From the NCBI GenBank assembly GCA_000091205.1, contig AP006496.2: DNA of 64,000 nucleotides; one strand, 5' to 3'. The position numbers and the translations under genes are program-made. Under the pieces are notes generated by a model. The model was given only the letters and a program-made list of their open reading frames with translations. It had not been told where the DNA came from and ran no database searches. The DNA is from Cyanidioschyzon merolae. Its lineage: Eukaryota. Positions 46,981 through 59,029 of this stretch are shown here, piece by piece. Within the stretch, counting starts at the first letter, position 1; each line of letters opens with the position of its first letter.

Positions 46981-47747
46981 GTTCTCTTTTAATTTTATAC
47001 GGGCGCAGAGCATAGGTCGCCGTTCTTCTTGTATCGCTTCCATGTCCCGTGCATTCCAGTTCGATCTAGCCGATGGAAGCGGAGGCTCCATCGATCCCGC
47101 GATGCCTTAGATGCCGAGAAATCCGCGGACACCAGCTGCAGCGGTGTATGCGACGCAAGCGCTACCCATGCCCAGCTCCAAAATGGTTCTCCGATACCCT
47201 GACCGATAATGCCGAATGGTCTTCTTCTCACACCCGCATGATTGTCGCTTCGCGATGCAGCGAACGTGATCCAGGGCCAAAGCCCCGCCTTCGACATATC
47301 ATGCAGCGAGGAGCGGAAGCCGGCAGTCCAGTGGTAGCACTCGTGCCTCGCCCCCGGGGGCTATGGGTATTGCGCTTTTGGAAAAACCCGCGCACGAGAC
47401 ACGCCCCGATCCGACATCATTTTTCATCGATGGGGTCAGCGCTACAGAGCCCAACAATGCAAGCCGGGGATCATCACGCTGGTTGGATCCTTCCCAGCCG
47501 CAATCGAACGCTCCTCTGGAACTGGGCGCTGTCTCCCTCGGAGGGAATTTTTTCACTTGCGAGTCCGTCGGTAAGGCATTCCCAACTTAGCGCACACACA
47601 GGCGCCAACACCCGAGCACCAACACTGGTTATTCAATCTGCTCCGATGACAGTGCTTCGTCCTTGACCTCGCTCAAGATGCTACGGATGTTGCATCCGTG
47701 GACGTGTAGCGTAGAGCCGGCTACGGTGCCGAGATCGTGGGAGATGG

Positions 47748-48395
47748 CTAGGAAGCGGCAACCAATGCTGGGAGCGTGTAGACACAGGAAGCCGCGAGCT
47801 GCGGCTTGTACAACACAACCAACGACTGATTCATATCTTGACCATTGACCGTGCTTTGACCTGCAAACGCATAATAAAGATTGGTGGCTGCATCGCATGT
47901 CTCCGGCAGCAGCGCACCCAGCGTCCCGTCAGCCGTTAGCTCGTACGACCCCAGCAAAATATCCACCGCGGTGGCCGCCAACGTGACCTCTTTGTCGCAG
48001 CAGCGCTCGAGACAGAGCTTCCCGGGTTTAATCTTTAAACTGTCGAGGGAAAATATGGTGTGCACGCTCCCTGGGCAATGTGACGTCCCGGTGCTGAGCG
48101 CAGCGTCCAGCGATCCCTGCAAACTCAGGTATACGCTTCCGTTTCCCTCTGAGCTTAAACACAGGCCTGAAAACGACTTTCCGCTAGCGCAAAGATTCGA
48201 TGGGAGACAGTCGCTGAGGCAGGATCCAACTTCGCGGGAACGAGCAGGTGACCCTCCACAGGTGAACACACACGAGCTGCTTTCAACATAAACAACGCTG
48301 TAGAAGAGAAAACTAGAAAGGAGCGGCAAGAGGACCCAGAAACGCCCACGTCGCCTGCCTTCCACAGCCGAAGCCGCTGCAGTATTGCTCACCAT
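47748..48395 (-). CDS. Cysteine-rich secreted/surface protein, paralog 2
   Basis: Hydrophobic leader 'FWVLLPLLSSFLFYSVVYV' followed by spaced Cys. Same architecture as the ORF at 44732-45394. Confidence 0.4.
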   Translation of the reverse strand: MVSNTAAASAVEGRRRGRFWVLLPLLSSFLFYSVVYVESSSCVFTCGGSPARSREVGSCLSDCLPSNLCASGKSFSGLCLSSEGNGSVYLSLQGSLDAALSTGTSHCPGSVHTIFSLDSLKIKPGKLCLERCCDKEVTLAATAVDILLGSYELTADGTLGALLPETCDAATNLYYAFAGQSTVNGQDMNQSLVVLYKPQLAASCVYTLPALVAAS

Positions 48396-50366
48396 ACTTT
48401 TCTCTATAAGGTTACTGTTGAAGTGAATATGAGAAGACTATTGTCTATTGAAGAGCATTAACCGTATCCGCTCGCTCTACAAAGCATCTCGGCGATCGGC
48501 CTCGTGGCGTGTGATCTGCATTGCCTCGGAAGAGCGCTGGACAACGTTTCTACCATGTGCTGCCTCCATATGCAGATTTTGCGTACGCAGTAGCCTTCCT
48601 ACGGCCGAGGCATTCATCATAGACTCTTGTATTTCAGACGCATGGTCGTCAGCTGAAGCGACAGTTGGGTCGTTTTTGCTGTTAGGATCACAGCGGGCTT
48701 CCTGGGTGCGAAGCTCGAGCTGGGCACAGAGATGCCAGCCCGCTGGTGGTGCCCCGACGCACGCCCCGGGCCTTGAGTCCCGTATCGCGGAGTATAGGCG
48801 TGCAGCAGTGCGGTCGCGTAGGCCGTAGCGTCCCTGGACGGATAGAGCGCTCGGTGAACCGGACAATTGACGACGGGCCGCACCGCAGGGCAAGAAGCAA
48901 GTGAGCGAATCCGCAGTTAGCCCCTTCGAGCAGAAAAAGAAATGATACTGAGGACGGAGACAACCTCTGCGACGACTGGGAAGAATACAACTGTATGCGC
49001 AGATGTCTACTGCTGTCTTGTAGGAAGCTTCTACGTAGACGCGTCATCCAGGTGTAAGAGCGGCCCGAGCGCAGTATACCTTTGAATATGTTCTCTAAAG
49101 CGCAGTCAAGGGTGCGGGACTTGAATCTTTCACTGTGCTTTTTAACAGGCATGCGGAACCGATGGACGTGGGTCGACGTCAGCGAGTGCCTGATTGCGAA
49201 TGAGCCGCACGCGGAGGAGGCGGATGGTTCAGGTCATAGCTTGCGTGAGTACAACATCCTCTAATCAGGAATTCTGGTATCGATATGACGTTGTATGGCA
49301 GGATTTGGAGACCGTTCCGGAACCTGCTGCCCAGTGCCCGTTTCCAGCCGTCGCAAATATACAAACCGGACGCATTCGATAGCCATGTGGAGATTTTCGT
49401 GCTTGCCCGGATCGATGCAACACTGTGCACTTTTCTAAGCGTGTTGAGTACCTAGTCCAGAGACATCCTATGAGAATCCAGGAGCGAGTTGCGTTTTCCC
49501 TGCTGCGCTTTCTTCAACATAGACCTCCCGCCCCCCAAAATGACATCTACTTGCAATACCACAACGTTTTCGCTCTAACTTCTGCGCCTACAATGCCAGT
49601 GAATCCCAACCGTTGGTATCCCGTTCTCTCTGAGAGACCAGGTCCGTTCGATTTTTCGGAAGCGTTCTACCTCTTTCGACGAAATAGGTCGAACAGCACA
49701 CCTCCTTCTGACTGAATGCAATCGGGAATATATTGAAGTCGAAGTTTTCGCCGAAGTAGTCTAGTGCAAATGCCTCCTCGGCGCCTGCCAACGCCCATGG
49801 ATTCAGGGGAGCACCCGCTGAGACTCCTCAGTCTTGCTCCAGAAGAAGCAAGTGCATGCGGAGCTTCTGCACTAGAGCTGGAACCTGGAAATCCTCGCGT
49901 ATAAGGTAAGTTCGATGACCCCGCAACTGCCAACCTCCGTGTATCCTGGAGAACGTCCATTGACCTACAACGAGCTCGTTCCCGGACAAAGTGCAGCGCA
50001 TGCAAATGGTAGCCGCCTGCTGGCCAAAGAACTTGGTTTGCGCTGTGGACGGCCCGGCGTTTCCGGTACGAAGCGCGTACCTGGATCGTAACACGTAACC
50101 TATCTGACGACGAGGAGCGCCCTAACGACCCTTTGGAAACTGCGGGACGCGCAAGGTCGTTGCAGCGCTCCCGAGAACAGCTTTCACGCTCGGGTACACG
50201 TGTGCGAAGCGGCAGCGGGGAATAGTCAGAGACAGGCAACCCGGACGGACCACGAAACGGGCATTCAATGTACAAAAACCCTACATAGAGCATCTGCGCT
50301 GTCTCTTGCGTTCCTGAGGCGTCTCCAGACGAAGCGGCTACCTGGAACGCAGCAGCGCTGGGCTCG

Positions 50367-52385
50367 ATGCCGTTTCGGAGAGTGCTCATCGCAAACCGAG
50401 GGGAAATTGTGCGACGAGCAGCCAAAACGCTTCGGAAGCTCAATATCGAGCCTGTTGTTGTTTATACCAAAGCGGATGAAACAGGAACACACGTTCGAGA
50501 AGCAGTCCGAAAGCAGCGAATCGAGTCCTACGTCTCCATAAGCGAGGTCGTTGCTGCAGCTCGCAGGGCACGCGCAGACGCGGTCTTTCCGGGTTATGGC
50601 TTCCTCGCAGAGAGAGCCGACTGTGCAGATGCCGTTCAGCAGGCAGGCATGACGTTTATAGGACCGTCTGCACGTGCCATTGCTCGACTGAGCGATAAAA
50701 TTGAAGCGAAAAAGTTCGTGAAAGCGCTCGGCATCCCTGTCGTGCCGGGTTACGTGGATCCACTTGAGCATGTTGACCACGCAGGCTATATTGCCAGAGA
50801 GCTGGGCTTCCCGGTTGTTCTCAAGGCTGCATCCGGAGGCGGCGGTCGAGGGCTCCGCGTCATCCACCACGAACAGGAGCTGCGTACCCAGTTTGAGGTC
50901 TGTGCTGCCGAGGCGAAACAGGCGTTCGGCGACTCCCGGCTGCTCCTCGAGAAATACCTCGAGCCAGTACGTCACATTGAGGTGCAGATACTCGGTGATC
51001 GCCACGGGAATCTGGTTGTCTTTCCAGAGCGCGAATGCAGCATCCAGCGCCATAACCAGAAGCTACTGGAAGAATCGCCGAGTCCGCTCGTCGATAAGCG
51101 CCTGCGCTGGCGACTCTTCCACGATGCCTCCAGAATTGCGCGTGCTATCGAGTACGATTCGGTGGGGACAGTGGAATTCCTCGTGCATGCGCACACGAAA
51201 GAGCATTTTTTTCTGGAAATGAACGCGCGACTCCAGGTTGAACACGCTGTGAGTGAGGCGGTCACCGGTGTAGACCTCATCGAACACATGATTCGGGCGG
51301 CATCGAACCAGGTTGTCGATCTAGATGAACCCGAGAACATCACCAGACTCGAGTTGGATCACGATCCACCGTTTGAAACGTGCCGAATGCTGCGCTCGCG
51401 AGGCTGGGCCCTGGAGGCGCGTATCTGCGCAGAGGGCTGGTCTGCGGGCTCACTGGTACCCAGTACAGGTCGCCTGCACAAGTTTCGCCTTCCCGTATCG
51501 CAACCTGGGGTGCGCGTCGACAGCGGCTACGATGAGGGCGATTCGGTTTCGCCACTCTTCGACTCGCTGCTGACCAAGGTGATCGCTCACGGAGAAACGA
51601 GAACCGCGGCACGTCGAAGACTGGCTCTGGCGCTCGACGCGTTGCTCATTGATGGCGTCGAGCACACAACAGGTCTGTTGCGGGATATTGTCGCCAAGGA
51701 TGCAGATTTTGCGAACGGGATATACACTACCCGTTTTCTGAAAGATTACGCTCTGCATTTCAACGAGTCCGATGCGCGCAGAGCGCTCCAGCTCATGGCA
51801 AATCGAATGAAGGTCGATCCTGGGACCAAGAAACCGATTGCAGCGCTTACCGTCGAATATGGACTAGTGCGCTTTGACCGGGAGCATGACACGGTGGCAG
51901 GTTCGGTTGCGAGTTCTGGAGCCACAGCGCCGCTGCCTCTGCAGGACAGCGACGGACTTGACGCCCTGTCGGACACGCCCGAGTCGCCGTTGTTCGTGAT
52001 GGCACCACGCAGAGCTCCTCGGCTGCTGTTTCGCGGTATGCCTATCACTGTGCAGCGCCTTTTCGATGAAGACGAGCTGATGCTTTGGGAGCGCATCCGA
52101 AAGCCAGTATCAGCAGCGCCAGTCGAGGCGAATGCTTGGCGAGCCCTGCATGCGCCCATGCCCGGTATACTCGTTGCAGTCCTAGTTTCCGTGGGTGACG
52201 AGGTTCAGCCAAAGCAGCCGGTGGCGATACTGGAATCCATGAAAATGCGGAACATGCTCCACGCTCCATCCTTGCCTCCAGGTGCGCAAACACTTGTCGT
52301 TGGTTCGATTCGCGCCGCTGTAGGCACCGTGCTGCGCAAGGGTGACCTCATCCTCGAGTTTTCCTTACCGACTTTTACGACTTAG
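50367..52385 (+). CDS. Biotin-dependent carboxylase alpha subunit (biotin carboxylase + BCCP domain; MCC-alpha/PCC-alpha-like)
   Basis: N-terminal 'RVLIANRGEIVRR'; ATP-grasp 'GGGGRGLRVI'; 'EVQILGDRHGNLV', 'ECSIQRHNQKLLEESP' and 'VEFLV...FLEMNARLQVEH'; C-terminal biotinylation motif 'AILESMKMRN'. Confidence 0.85.
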   Translation: MPFRRVLIANRGEIVRRAAKTLRKLNIEPVVVYTKADETGTHVREAVRKQRIESYVSISEVVAAARRARADAVFPGYGFLAERADCADAVQQAGMTFIGPSARAIARLSDKIEAKKFVKALGIPVVPGYVDPLEHVDHAGYIARELGFPVVLKAASGGGGRGLRVIHHEQELRTQFEVCAAEAKQAFGDSRLLLEKYLEPVRHIEVQILGDRHGNLVVFPERECSIQRHNQKLLEESPSPLVDKRLRWRLFHDASRIARAIEYDSVGTVEFLVHAHTKEHFFLEMNARLQVEHAVSEAVTGVDLIEHMIRAASNQVVDLDEPENITRLELDHDPPFETCRMLRSRGWALEARICAEGWSAGSLVPSTGRLHKFRLPVSQPGVRVDSGYDEGDSVSPLFDSLLTKVIAHGETRTAARRRLALALDALLIDGVEHTTGLLRDIVAKDADFANGIYTTRFLKDYALHFNESDARRALQLMANRMKVDPGTKKPIAALTVEYGLVRFDREHDTVAGSVASSGATAPLPLQDSDGLDALSDTPESPLFVMAPRRAPRLLFRGMPITVQRLFDEDELMLWERIRKPVSAAPVEANAWRALHAPMPGILVAVLVSVGDEVQPKQPVAILESMKMRNMLHAPSLPPGAQTLVVGSIRAAVGTVLRKGDLILEFSLPTFTT

Positions 52386-52837
52386 AGGCGTGCTTCGCCC
52401 CACCAGCAGCGGCATCATTAGAAGTGACAGCGGTACGTGCGCTGCCGGCCTCTGCTGGTACCCCTTCGGGGACGTCCTGCTACCCAGCGCAACCAGAGTA
52501 GGCCGCAGGTAAAGCCAACGAACCGCTTAGGTGACAACTACCAGCGCGTACAGCAGCTGGCAGTGGTGTCCGCCGCCCTCGACTGGAGAATACTCTCTTT
52601 GACCGTGAAACGTTACCGTGAGGTCTGTCGTGCGCGGAGCCTCACTGGGAGAGTCACCACGCCGTGCAACACCTGGAACGCTCGAGGATAGCGTCAGCTT
52701 CAGAGGACTTATAGTGCCCGCACGCTCATCGGTTGATACCGAGTTCTTGAATGTTTAAACTTTCACAGGATACGCGTATGACTGTCTCGTTTGTTGAGGT
52801 GTCGCGTTGACGCACACGGACGCGGGCGCAGCTTTGC

Positions 52838-53647
52838 GTGGCAGAAGCAACGCAGTGCCGCGCTTCCATGTGGATCAATCAGCGCGAGCCAACCGGTAAA
52901 CGACTCCGAGAGCGTGTGCTGGTGCTGCTGCTTGCGACGCTCTGGCGACCGTTTACGGCCATGGCTCGCTTCTTACGCCTCCGTGGCGGGGCAAACCGTG
53001 GCCCAATAGTGCTTACGCTGGACGAGGTTGAGTTTTTGATTGATTGTCTGCCACCGCCACCGGAAGCAAGCGCGTTACGCGGACGCCTGAACGCGCTCCT
53101 GGGCGCACTTCGCAGTGGACAGCCGGTACCGGCGGAGGTCGCAGGAGAGCGTCCTTCCTCAAGGAGCCCTTCGGTGGATCACGAAGTTCGCGGCAGTCGC
53201 TATCGCTCACCAGCACTCACAGTTGATGCGGCAGTGCTTCGTGGACCGCGGGAGGCACTCGAGATCCTGCTTGTGACGCGTGCTCGAGAACCTTTCAAGG
53301 GTAAGCTCGCGTTCCCTGGTGGTTTCGTCGAGTACAACGAGGATCCTCAGGACGCTGTGGTTCGCGAGTTGGCCGAGGAATGTGGTATTCAGGCCAAGAA
53401 CCCGCAGCTCGTGGCGGTGCGAGGACACCCCTCCAGGGATCCGCGGCAGCATGTCGTAACTGTATGTTACAAACTGGATATTGAAGGACAGCATGAGCCT
53501 CGCGCAGGCGACGATGCCGCCAACGCCGGCTGGTACGCCGTCGAGACGCTCTTGAAGAGCCACGAGGGCCGTGCTCGCCTTGCGTTTGATCACGCGGATC
53601 TGTTAGCGCAACTGGCAGCGTGGCTTGACCAGCGACACCGACGCTGA
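52838..53647 (+). CDS. Nudix hydrolase (ADP-ribose pyrophosphatase-like)
   Basis: Nudix box 'GGFVEYNEDPQDAVVRELAEECGI' (Gx5Ex7REUxEExGU). The N-terminal extension may be a presequence. Confidence 0.7.
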   Translation: MAEATQCRASMWINQREPTGKRLRERVLVLLLATLWRPFTAMARFLRLRGGANRGPIVLTLDEVEFLIDCLPPPPEASALRGRLNALLGALRSGQPVPAEVAGERPSSRSPSVDHEVRGSRYRSPALTVDAAVLRGPREALEILLVTRAREPFKGKLAFPGGFVEYNEDPQDAVVRELAEECGIQAKNPQLVAVRGHPSRDPRQHVVTVCYKLDIEGQHEPRAGDDAANAGWYAVETLLKSHEGRARLAFDHADLLAQLAAWLDQRHRR

Positions 53648-53939
53648 GCACTGGAAAACAGTTGCGGGCATCCGCAGAGCGATGCGCTTTGCAAGACCTC
53701 GGAAGGACTGTCGCGATGCAACCGGGGCGTCATTGGAGCATGCCCAATCGATGCTGCTGCTGCTGCTGCTGCTGCACATGAATATGGACCGGGAAAACAC
53801 AGGAATGGCAGGATCATCGATCGACTGCAGCCTTGTTTCCAGCGTAGGATGCGACGCAGTGCCCGGGCACTGGACGCTGCTGAACAGCATGGCGGACGGA
53901 ACTCGGCGGGCGCCGCGCACGATGGTCCGGTTTCTTTGT

Positions 53940-54560
53940 GCGATATCGAAAGAGCATACAGGATCAGGGGCACCGCGAACATCACACCACGAATATGTCT
54001 GCTTTGGATGGTAACGTACAGAAACATAGAAGATTAAGGGCAGTTTGCTTTGAGCGATATCATGCAGAAACGTACAGGATCAGGGGCAGCGCGAACATCA
54101 CACCACGAATATGTGCGCTTTGAATGGTAACGTACAGAAACATAGAAGATTAAGGGCAGTTTGCTTTGAGCGATATCATGCAGAAACGTACAGGATCAGG
54201 GGCAGCGCGAACATCACACCACGAATATGTGCGCTTTGAATGGTAACGTACAGAAACATAGAAGATTAAGGGCAGTTTGCTTTGAGCGATATCATGCAGA
54301 AACGTACAGGATCAGGGGCAGCGCGAACATCACACCACGAATATGTGCGCTTTGAATGGTAACGTACAGAAACATAGAAGATTAAGGGCAGTTTGCTTTG
54401 AGCGATATCATGCAGAAACGTACAGGATCAGGGGCAGCGCGAACATCACACCACGAATATGTGCGCTTTGAATGGTAACGTACAGAAACATAGAAGATTA
54501 AGGGCAGTTTGCTTTGAGCGATATCATGCAGAAACGTACAGGATCAGGGGCAGCGCGAAG
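53940..54560. repeat. 116-bp tandem satellite, about 5.3 units
   Basis: The landmark 'cgtacaggatcagggg' recurs at 53955, 54071, 54187, 54303, 54419 and 54535, an exact 116-bp period. Units are about 98% identical. The array ends where 'gcagcgcgaaGaacgcgcgcg' diverges. Confidence 0.9.
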
Positions 54561-55798
54561 AACGCGCGCGAATCCGATTGTCGATTTGCAGGAACGAGGC
54601 GCCCGCCATCGATGTGCACTGCGACTGCCGCGAGGCGGCATCCGGAATAAGCATCATCAAGGCGCCCTGTTTCTTTACGAAGGTTTGCTGACGTCGCAGC
54701 AAGCGTCTGAGGTAGGTTCAGCACCCAAAGGGTCGCTGGTTCAGGTAAGCGTCTCCCCCTCACCGGAGTAAAGCACGTGCATAGATAGATAGAAGTGAAA
54801 ACGTTTGTGCAGGAACTTGAGTCTGTTCCCTGATTCCTCGTAACATTCGTTTCTCTGGGGATACATCATCAAATTCAATACTTCTCAATCATAAAAAATA
54901 CCGATGCTTTTCCGTGCAGGATTATCAAGGACACTTTCCCGGCGGCATCAAGAAGCCGCAACATACGATCGCCAACGCCTAAAACCCCGGAACGGTAGCG
55001 TTCTACGTGCCCGTTCGCCGCTGGACAATGGTCGATCACCGTACTGGTGCCTCGAATACGTCATTCCTGGATCCCATCGCAGCCAATGCATCTGTTTAGC
55101 GTGCATCCAAGGAGCGCGAGGCGCTCCCAGCAACGATACTGAGTACCAGCGTGGCGTGCGCACATCACACATTGTTGGACAAAACTTTTCCTTTATTCGT
55201 TGACCAGGATCGAGCGCCGTGGAGCTAACCAGACCTCCGGTGAATCGGTTGCCACTCTCCCGATCTTCCATATTCGTCTGCGAGTGGAGAACTGGACAAA
55301 GCAGAGCGCCGAAGCGCGCATCCGTGCTCCGGCGGCGCCGATGTGCCTCATCTGCTTTCCTCGACTGCAGGCAAGAAACGCTGCGTTCAAGAAGCGTCTG
55401 GACACTCAAGGCAGTTCTCGAGAACTTCGACCGTTCCAAACGCGAAAGCGGCACCCGCTGCGTCCTGCTCCCCCGCCGTTGCCAATGTCGCTGCCGCTAG
55501 CGTCCTACGGGCTGCTCCTACCTGTCCAAGCAGCGCTCCGTTTGACTGCTCACCGCTGCTCGTTATCCAAAGTCAAGCCCCAATATTCTGCGCATGCGCT
55601 CGCGCTGCGGACTGCGTCAAAGTTGCGTACCTCACTAGACCAGGTACAAACCAGTGTTCCGGTTGCAGTCGCTCCGACGAACAGGGACCTCTTGGCCTCT
55701 AGCGAACCGGCGGAGACGCTGCGCGCGAGTGACCGACACGTTTCGCGCCACTTGGTATCGCAGCTGAGCGAGCGCCGGGTTGTACTCGCTCGTTCTTC

Positions 55799-58135
55799 AT
55801 GAAAACGAGCGAACAAGTGGAAAGAGGGGTCTGTTCATACTGCGAAGAGCTCTTGTTCGCCAAGAATAAAGCGGAGAGAGAGGCGCTGGCGCATCCACTG
55901 CTGGGTTCGCGTTGGTCGCAGGTTTGGTTGTGCTTGCGATGCCGAAAAACCGTGCAGCAGCTCCGATCGCGTGGTGCTCGTTCGTCACCGGGAAAACGGG
56001 AACGCAACGGCAGACCGTTGCCTGCAACTGAAGTTCGCTGTGCTGTCTGTGCAGACAGTGGTAGGCGTCAGTTATGCTGTCAGCGCTGTGGTGCTACGTT
56101 CTGTAATCGCTGCTTCGGTTGCACGCTGGGCGACTGGCGTACTCCTCCGTGCGCTCTCGGTAGCGAAGGCCTGCGAATTGTGCAGCGTTTGAACGCGATT
56201 CTTTGGAAAAAGGGAGTGGAACCGCTCGATGAGCGTGTTTCCTTGCTACCAGCACCAGCCTGGATGTGCCCCCTCTGTTGTCGTGAGCAGGGTTTGAGGC
56301 TGGCTTTTGAAAGCTGGCTCAAGGACCTGCCGGAAGCACCACAACGCGGACGACTAGCGGAATGGACGACTTTCCGAGAGCGATACGATTATCGCAGCTG
56401 GAACCCGTGGTGGCTGTGGTGCGGCTCGCTCAAGCTGCCTCAGGTTTGGACCCAGTGCAGCGCGGGGAGCAAGCTGACTCAGCTTTTCGACGCGGCCTTT
56501 TCTGGCGACTGGAAGCGCGTCCAGACAGTGCATGAAGACTATGGAAAGCTTTTAACCGCATTGGAAGAGCTGCATATGGCGTCTGGCGGAGCTTTCCCGA
56601 GTCGGCAGCAGCGGTTCCGCCACATGCGAAGGGGCATGGCGGAGCCGCTCCGGCTAAACGCGCGTGCACAGGAACTGCTCGAACGGTACCCGACAGGGCC
56701 TACTGAGTCAGACGCTTTACAGCTTGATTGCACCGAACACGATTCAGGCTTGGTGCATGACTGGTATCGAGTCTACTCCATATTGTGTATCGCGATTCGA
56801 GAGCTGCTCGTGGCGGTTGCGTGGTCGCGGTTAGTCTGCGCATCGGTGGTGCCGGAGTTGTGGTTGCCGGTCCAGCGCCACGTTCTTGAAGCGCTTCCCT
56901 TCAGATGGGATGATCTCTGGAGTCGACACGGGACGATATGTTTCCGCTGCGGACGTCCAGGCGGCAGCGGAGAGCTGCTCCACCGCTGCGATATTCCCGG
57001 CTGCGGCAAAGTCTACCATGCCTCGTGCGTCAGTTGTCTCTCGCGGGCACCCTATTTCACGAACGGCTCTGATTTGACGGAACGACGACACTGGTATTGC
57101 CCCTGGCATTTCGACCGATCTACCGGATGGTACCTGCCCAGCGAGCCCTATCCGAGCGACTTTATCAGCTTGCTGGAAGCGCATGCGTCAGCGCTTCCGT
57201 CCGATACGCTCGAACGTATCCCGTGGCTGGGTGTCGTTCCACGGAGCGATGGCTGGCGGTTACCCGCTGACGAGTCGGCAGCCTCGGAGCACGCGGCAGT
57301 GGATCGATCGACAGATGGGCACAGTTCGGGCACCTTGACGACCACGCAAGTGCCGCCTTTTCGAGCGGTTCAGTGTCGCACGTGCCCGTTCAGTTGCTCG
57401 ATTCCCAACCAAGCAGGTTGGCCAGAAGACCATTCCGAATGGTACGTATGGGATGCAGGTATCATAAGCTGCTGCTCGTGTAGCGTTTGGCTGGAACCTC
57501 CCCAAGGTCAAGATCCGACGGAGCTAGCGTGCGTCGCAGCTACCTGGAAAGATGCAGGTGCTTCGACGCGTGTCCAGCGGGCGACACAACGACACGATAA
57601 GCGACAGCGCCTCGCAACAGCACCAAGTCCGGCATCCAGGCATTCGGTAGCGCCGAGCGCCCCATCCGCAGCAACCTTTGCAAAGATGATTCGCCAGGCC
57701 GCTCACGAGGGCGCAGCGCGCATCCAGGAAGCGAAAGCGCGTGGTGATGTCCCTCTTGTCCAGGGACGCAGCGGGGAGTACATCGACGCCCTCGAGTATG
57801 TTCGAGCGGAATACGAGAAATACGAAAAAGGAAATACAGGTGCCGTCGTTGGAATCATGGCGGCGCTGAAAAGCGCAAATGGAAAGCCGGTCACGTTCTC
57901 GGAATTGACGCTTGAACTCTTACGCAGAGGCTGGTTCGTCACCACAGGCAAAACGCCGCAAATGACAATAGCTGCGTTCTTCAGTACCAGACGCCAACGA
58001 TTGATGGAGCAGGGCCAGACATGCACATGGTTCGAGTGGCTCGGCAGTGCACGCGTACGCTGGTGTCTTGACACGCCTGCCGCGGCCGTCGACGACGAGT
58101 CAAGCGCAGCGCCTGCTGACTCCGCTAATACGTGA
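55799..58135 (+). CDS. PHD/zinc-finger protein (778 aa), possibly with a C-terminal HARE-HTH-like domain
   Basis: Cys/His clusters 'CAVCADSGRRQLCCQRCGATFCNRCFGC' and 'CFRCGRPGGSGELLHRCDIPGCGKVYHASCVSCL' (PHD-like). The C-terminal 'GKPVTFSELTLELLRRGWFVTTGKTPQMTIAAFFS' resembles HARE-HTH. Confidence 0.45.
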   Translation: MKTSEQVERGVCSYCEELLFAKNKAEREALAHPLLGSRWSQVWLCLRCRKTVQQLRSRGARSSPGKRERNGRPLPATEVRCAVCADSGRRQLCCQRCGATFCNRCFGCTLGDWRTPPCALGSEGLRIVQRLNAILWKKGVEPLDERVSLLPAPAWMCPLCCREQGLRLAFESWLKDLPEAPQRGRLAEWTTFRERYDYRSWNPWWLWCGSLKLPQVWTQCSAGSKLTQLFDAAFSGDWKRVQTVHEDYGKLLTALEELHMASGGAFPSRQQRFRHMRRGMAEPLRLNARAQELLERYPTGPTESDALQLDCTEHDSGLVHDWYRVYSILCIAIRELLVAVAWSRLVCASVVPELWLPVQRHVLEALPFRWDDLWSRHGTICFRCGRPGGSGELLHRCDIPGCGKVYHASCVSCLSRAPYFTNGSDLTERRHWYCPWHFDRSTGWYLPSEPYPSDFISLLEAHASALPSDTLERIPWLGVVPRSDGWRLPADESAASEHAAVDRSTDGHSSGTLTTTQVPPFRAVQCRTCPFSCSIPNQAGWPEDHSEWYVWDAGIISCCSCSVWLEPPQGQDPTELACVAATWKDAGASTRVQRATQRHDKRQRLATAPSPASRHSVAPSAPSAATFAKMIRQAAHEGAARIQEAKARGDVPLVQGRSGEYIDALEYVRAEYEKYEKGNTGAVVGIMAALKSANGKPVTFSELTLELLRRGWFVTTGKTPQMTIAAFFSTRRQRLMEQGQTCTWFEWLGSARVRWCLDTPAAAVDDESSAAPADSANT

Positions 58136-59029
58136 CTGGCTGTACCTCTGAGATGCCGAGGACACATATCGGGCCGTGCTCGCGTATTAGAGTCATTGCG
58201 CGCACTGTTTGTGCATGGACCTTGTGAATACGTCATGTCCATCGGGAAGATGTGAAGGAACGCTCTCCAACTGTACCGAGCGACAGCGCAAACGCGGCAA
58301 AGAGATCACCGAGAAGCCATTCGGGCAGCGATGGCGAGCAGTTCGCGTCAGGCGAGCATCGACTGGTTTCCCTAGACGCCAAGCGTGAGCTCTGGCTTGG
58401 GTACTCCATCTGGCAATGAGCGGCGAACGCAATCGCAAGTTGGTTATTATGGAGCGAGGACAACATATAGATCGCAGCGGTGCATGGACTCTGCATTTAT
58501 GGAGCATCGAAACGGCCTGGGAAGCGCTCGTTTCGCTCGTACGTTTATGTAGCAGCGGCGCCGATTTCGGGCCTTGCTGACGGTTAAAGGAGCTCTCGGC
58601 ATCGAGGCTGGCTGCTGGCTCCGCAGCATCGACCTCTGCGAACATAGACGCAGCCGCTCTGCCGTCGAAATTCCTACTTGTCGCATATGGTCGATCCGTC
58701 TTCAACTACGCCCTGCGCTGGGCACAGCGACGCGGTACCTCCTCGAGAGCAAGCCAGGGCATGCGAGCTGCAGCTTCTTGCGTGTGCAAGCGCGCGCGCT
58801 CTCGCGTCGCACCTGTTCGTGACCTGCAGCACGGCAGCGGCTTTCGGCCCCCGCAAACATGCTGCAAGCAAAACATGGCGTAGCGTTCGGCGCCCTACAG
58901 ACCAAGCAGCGCCACACAGCGTGGATGCATCGGATCGGTGGGAGCATTGGCCCTGAGTCGCGCTCGAAGGCATCTGGCCAGAGGCACCAAGATCCATTTG
59001 TATTCGATAGCATGCGTGCTGTTCGAGGA

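Noticed and set aside
53940-54560. Possibility that the 116-bp tandem array is a 5S rRNA or spliced-leader RNA gene array
   Set aside because: The unit lacks the conserved 5S motifs and any recognisable SL exon or Sm-site pattern. It is kept only as a repeat.
53940-54560. CRISPR array
   Set aside because: This is a eukaryotic context. Repeats are contiguous 116-bp units with no unique spacers.
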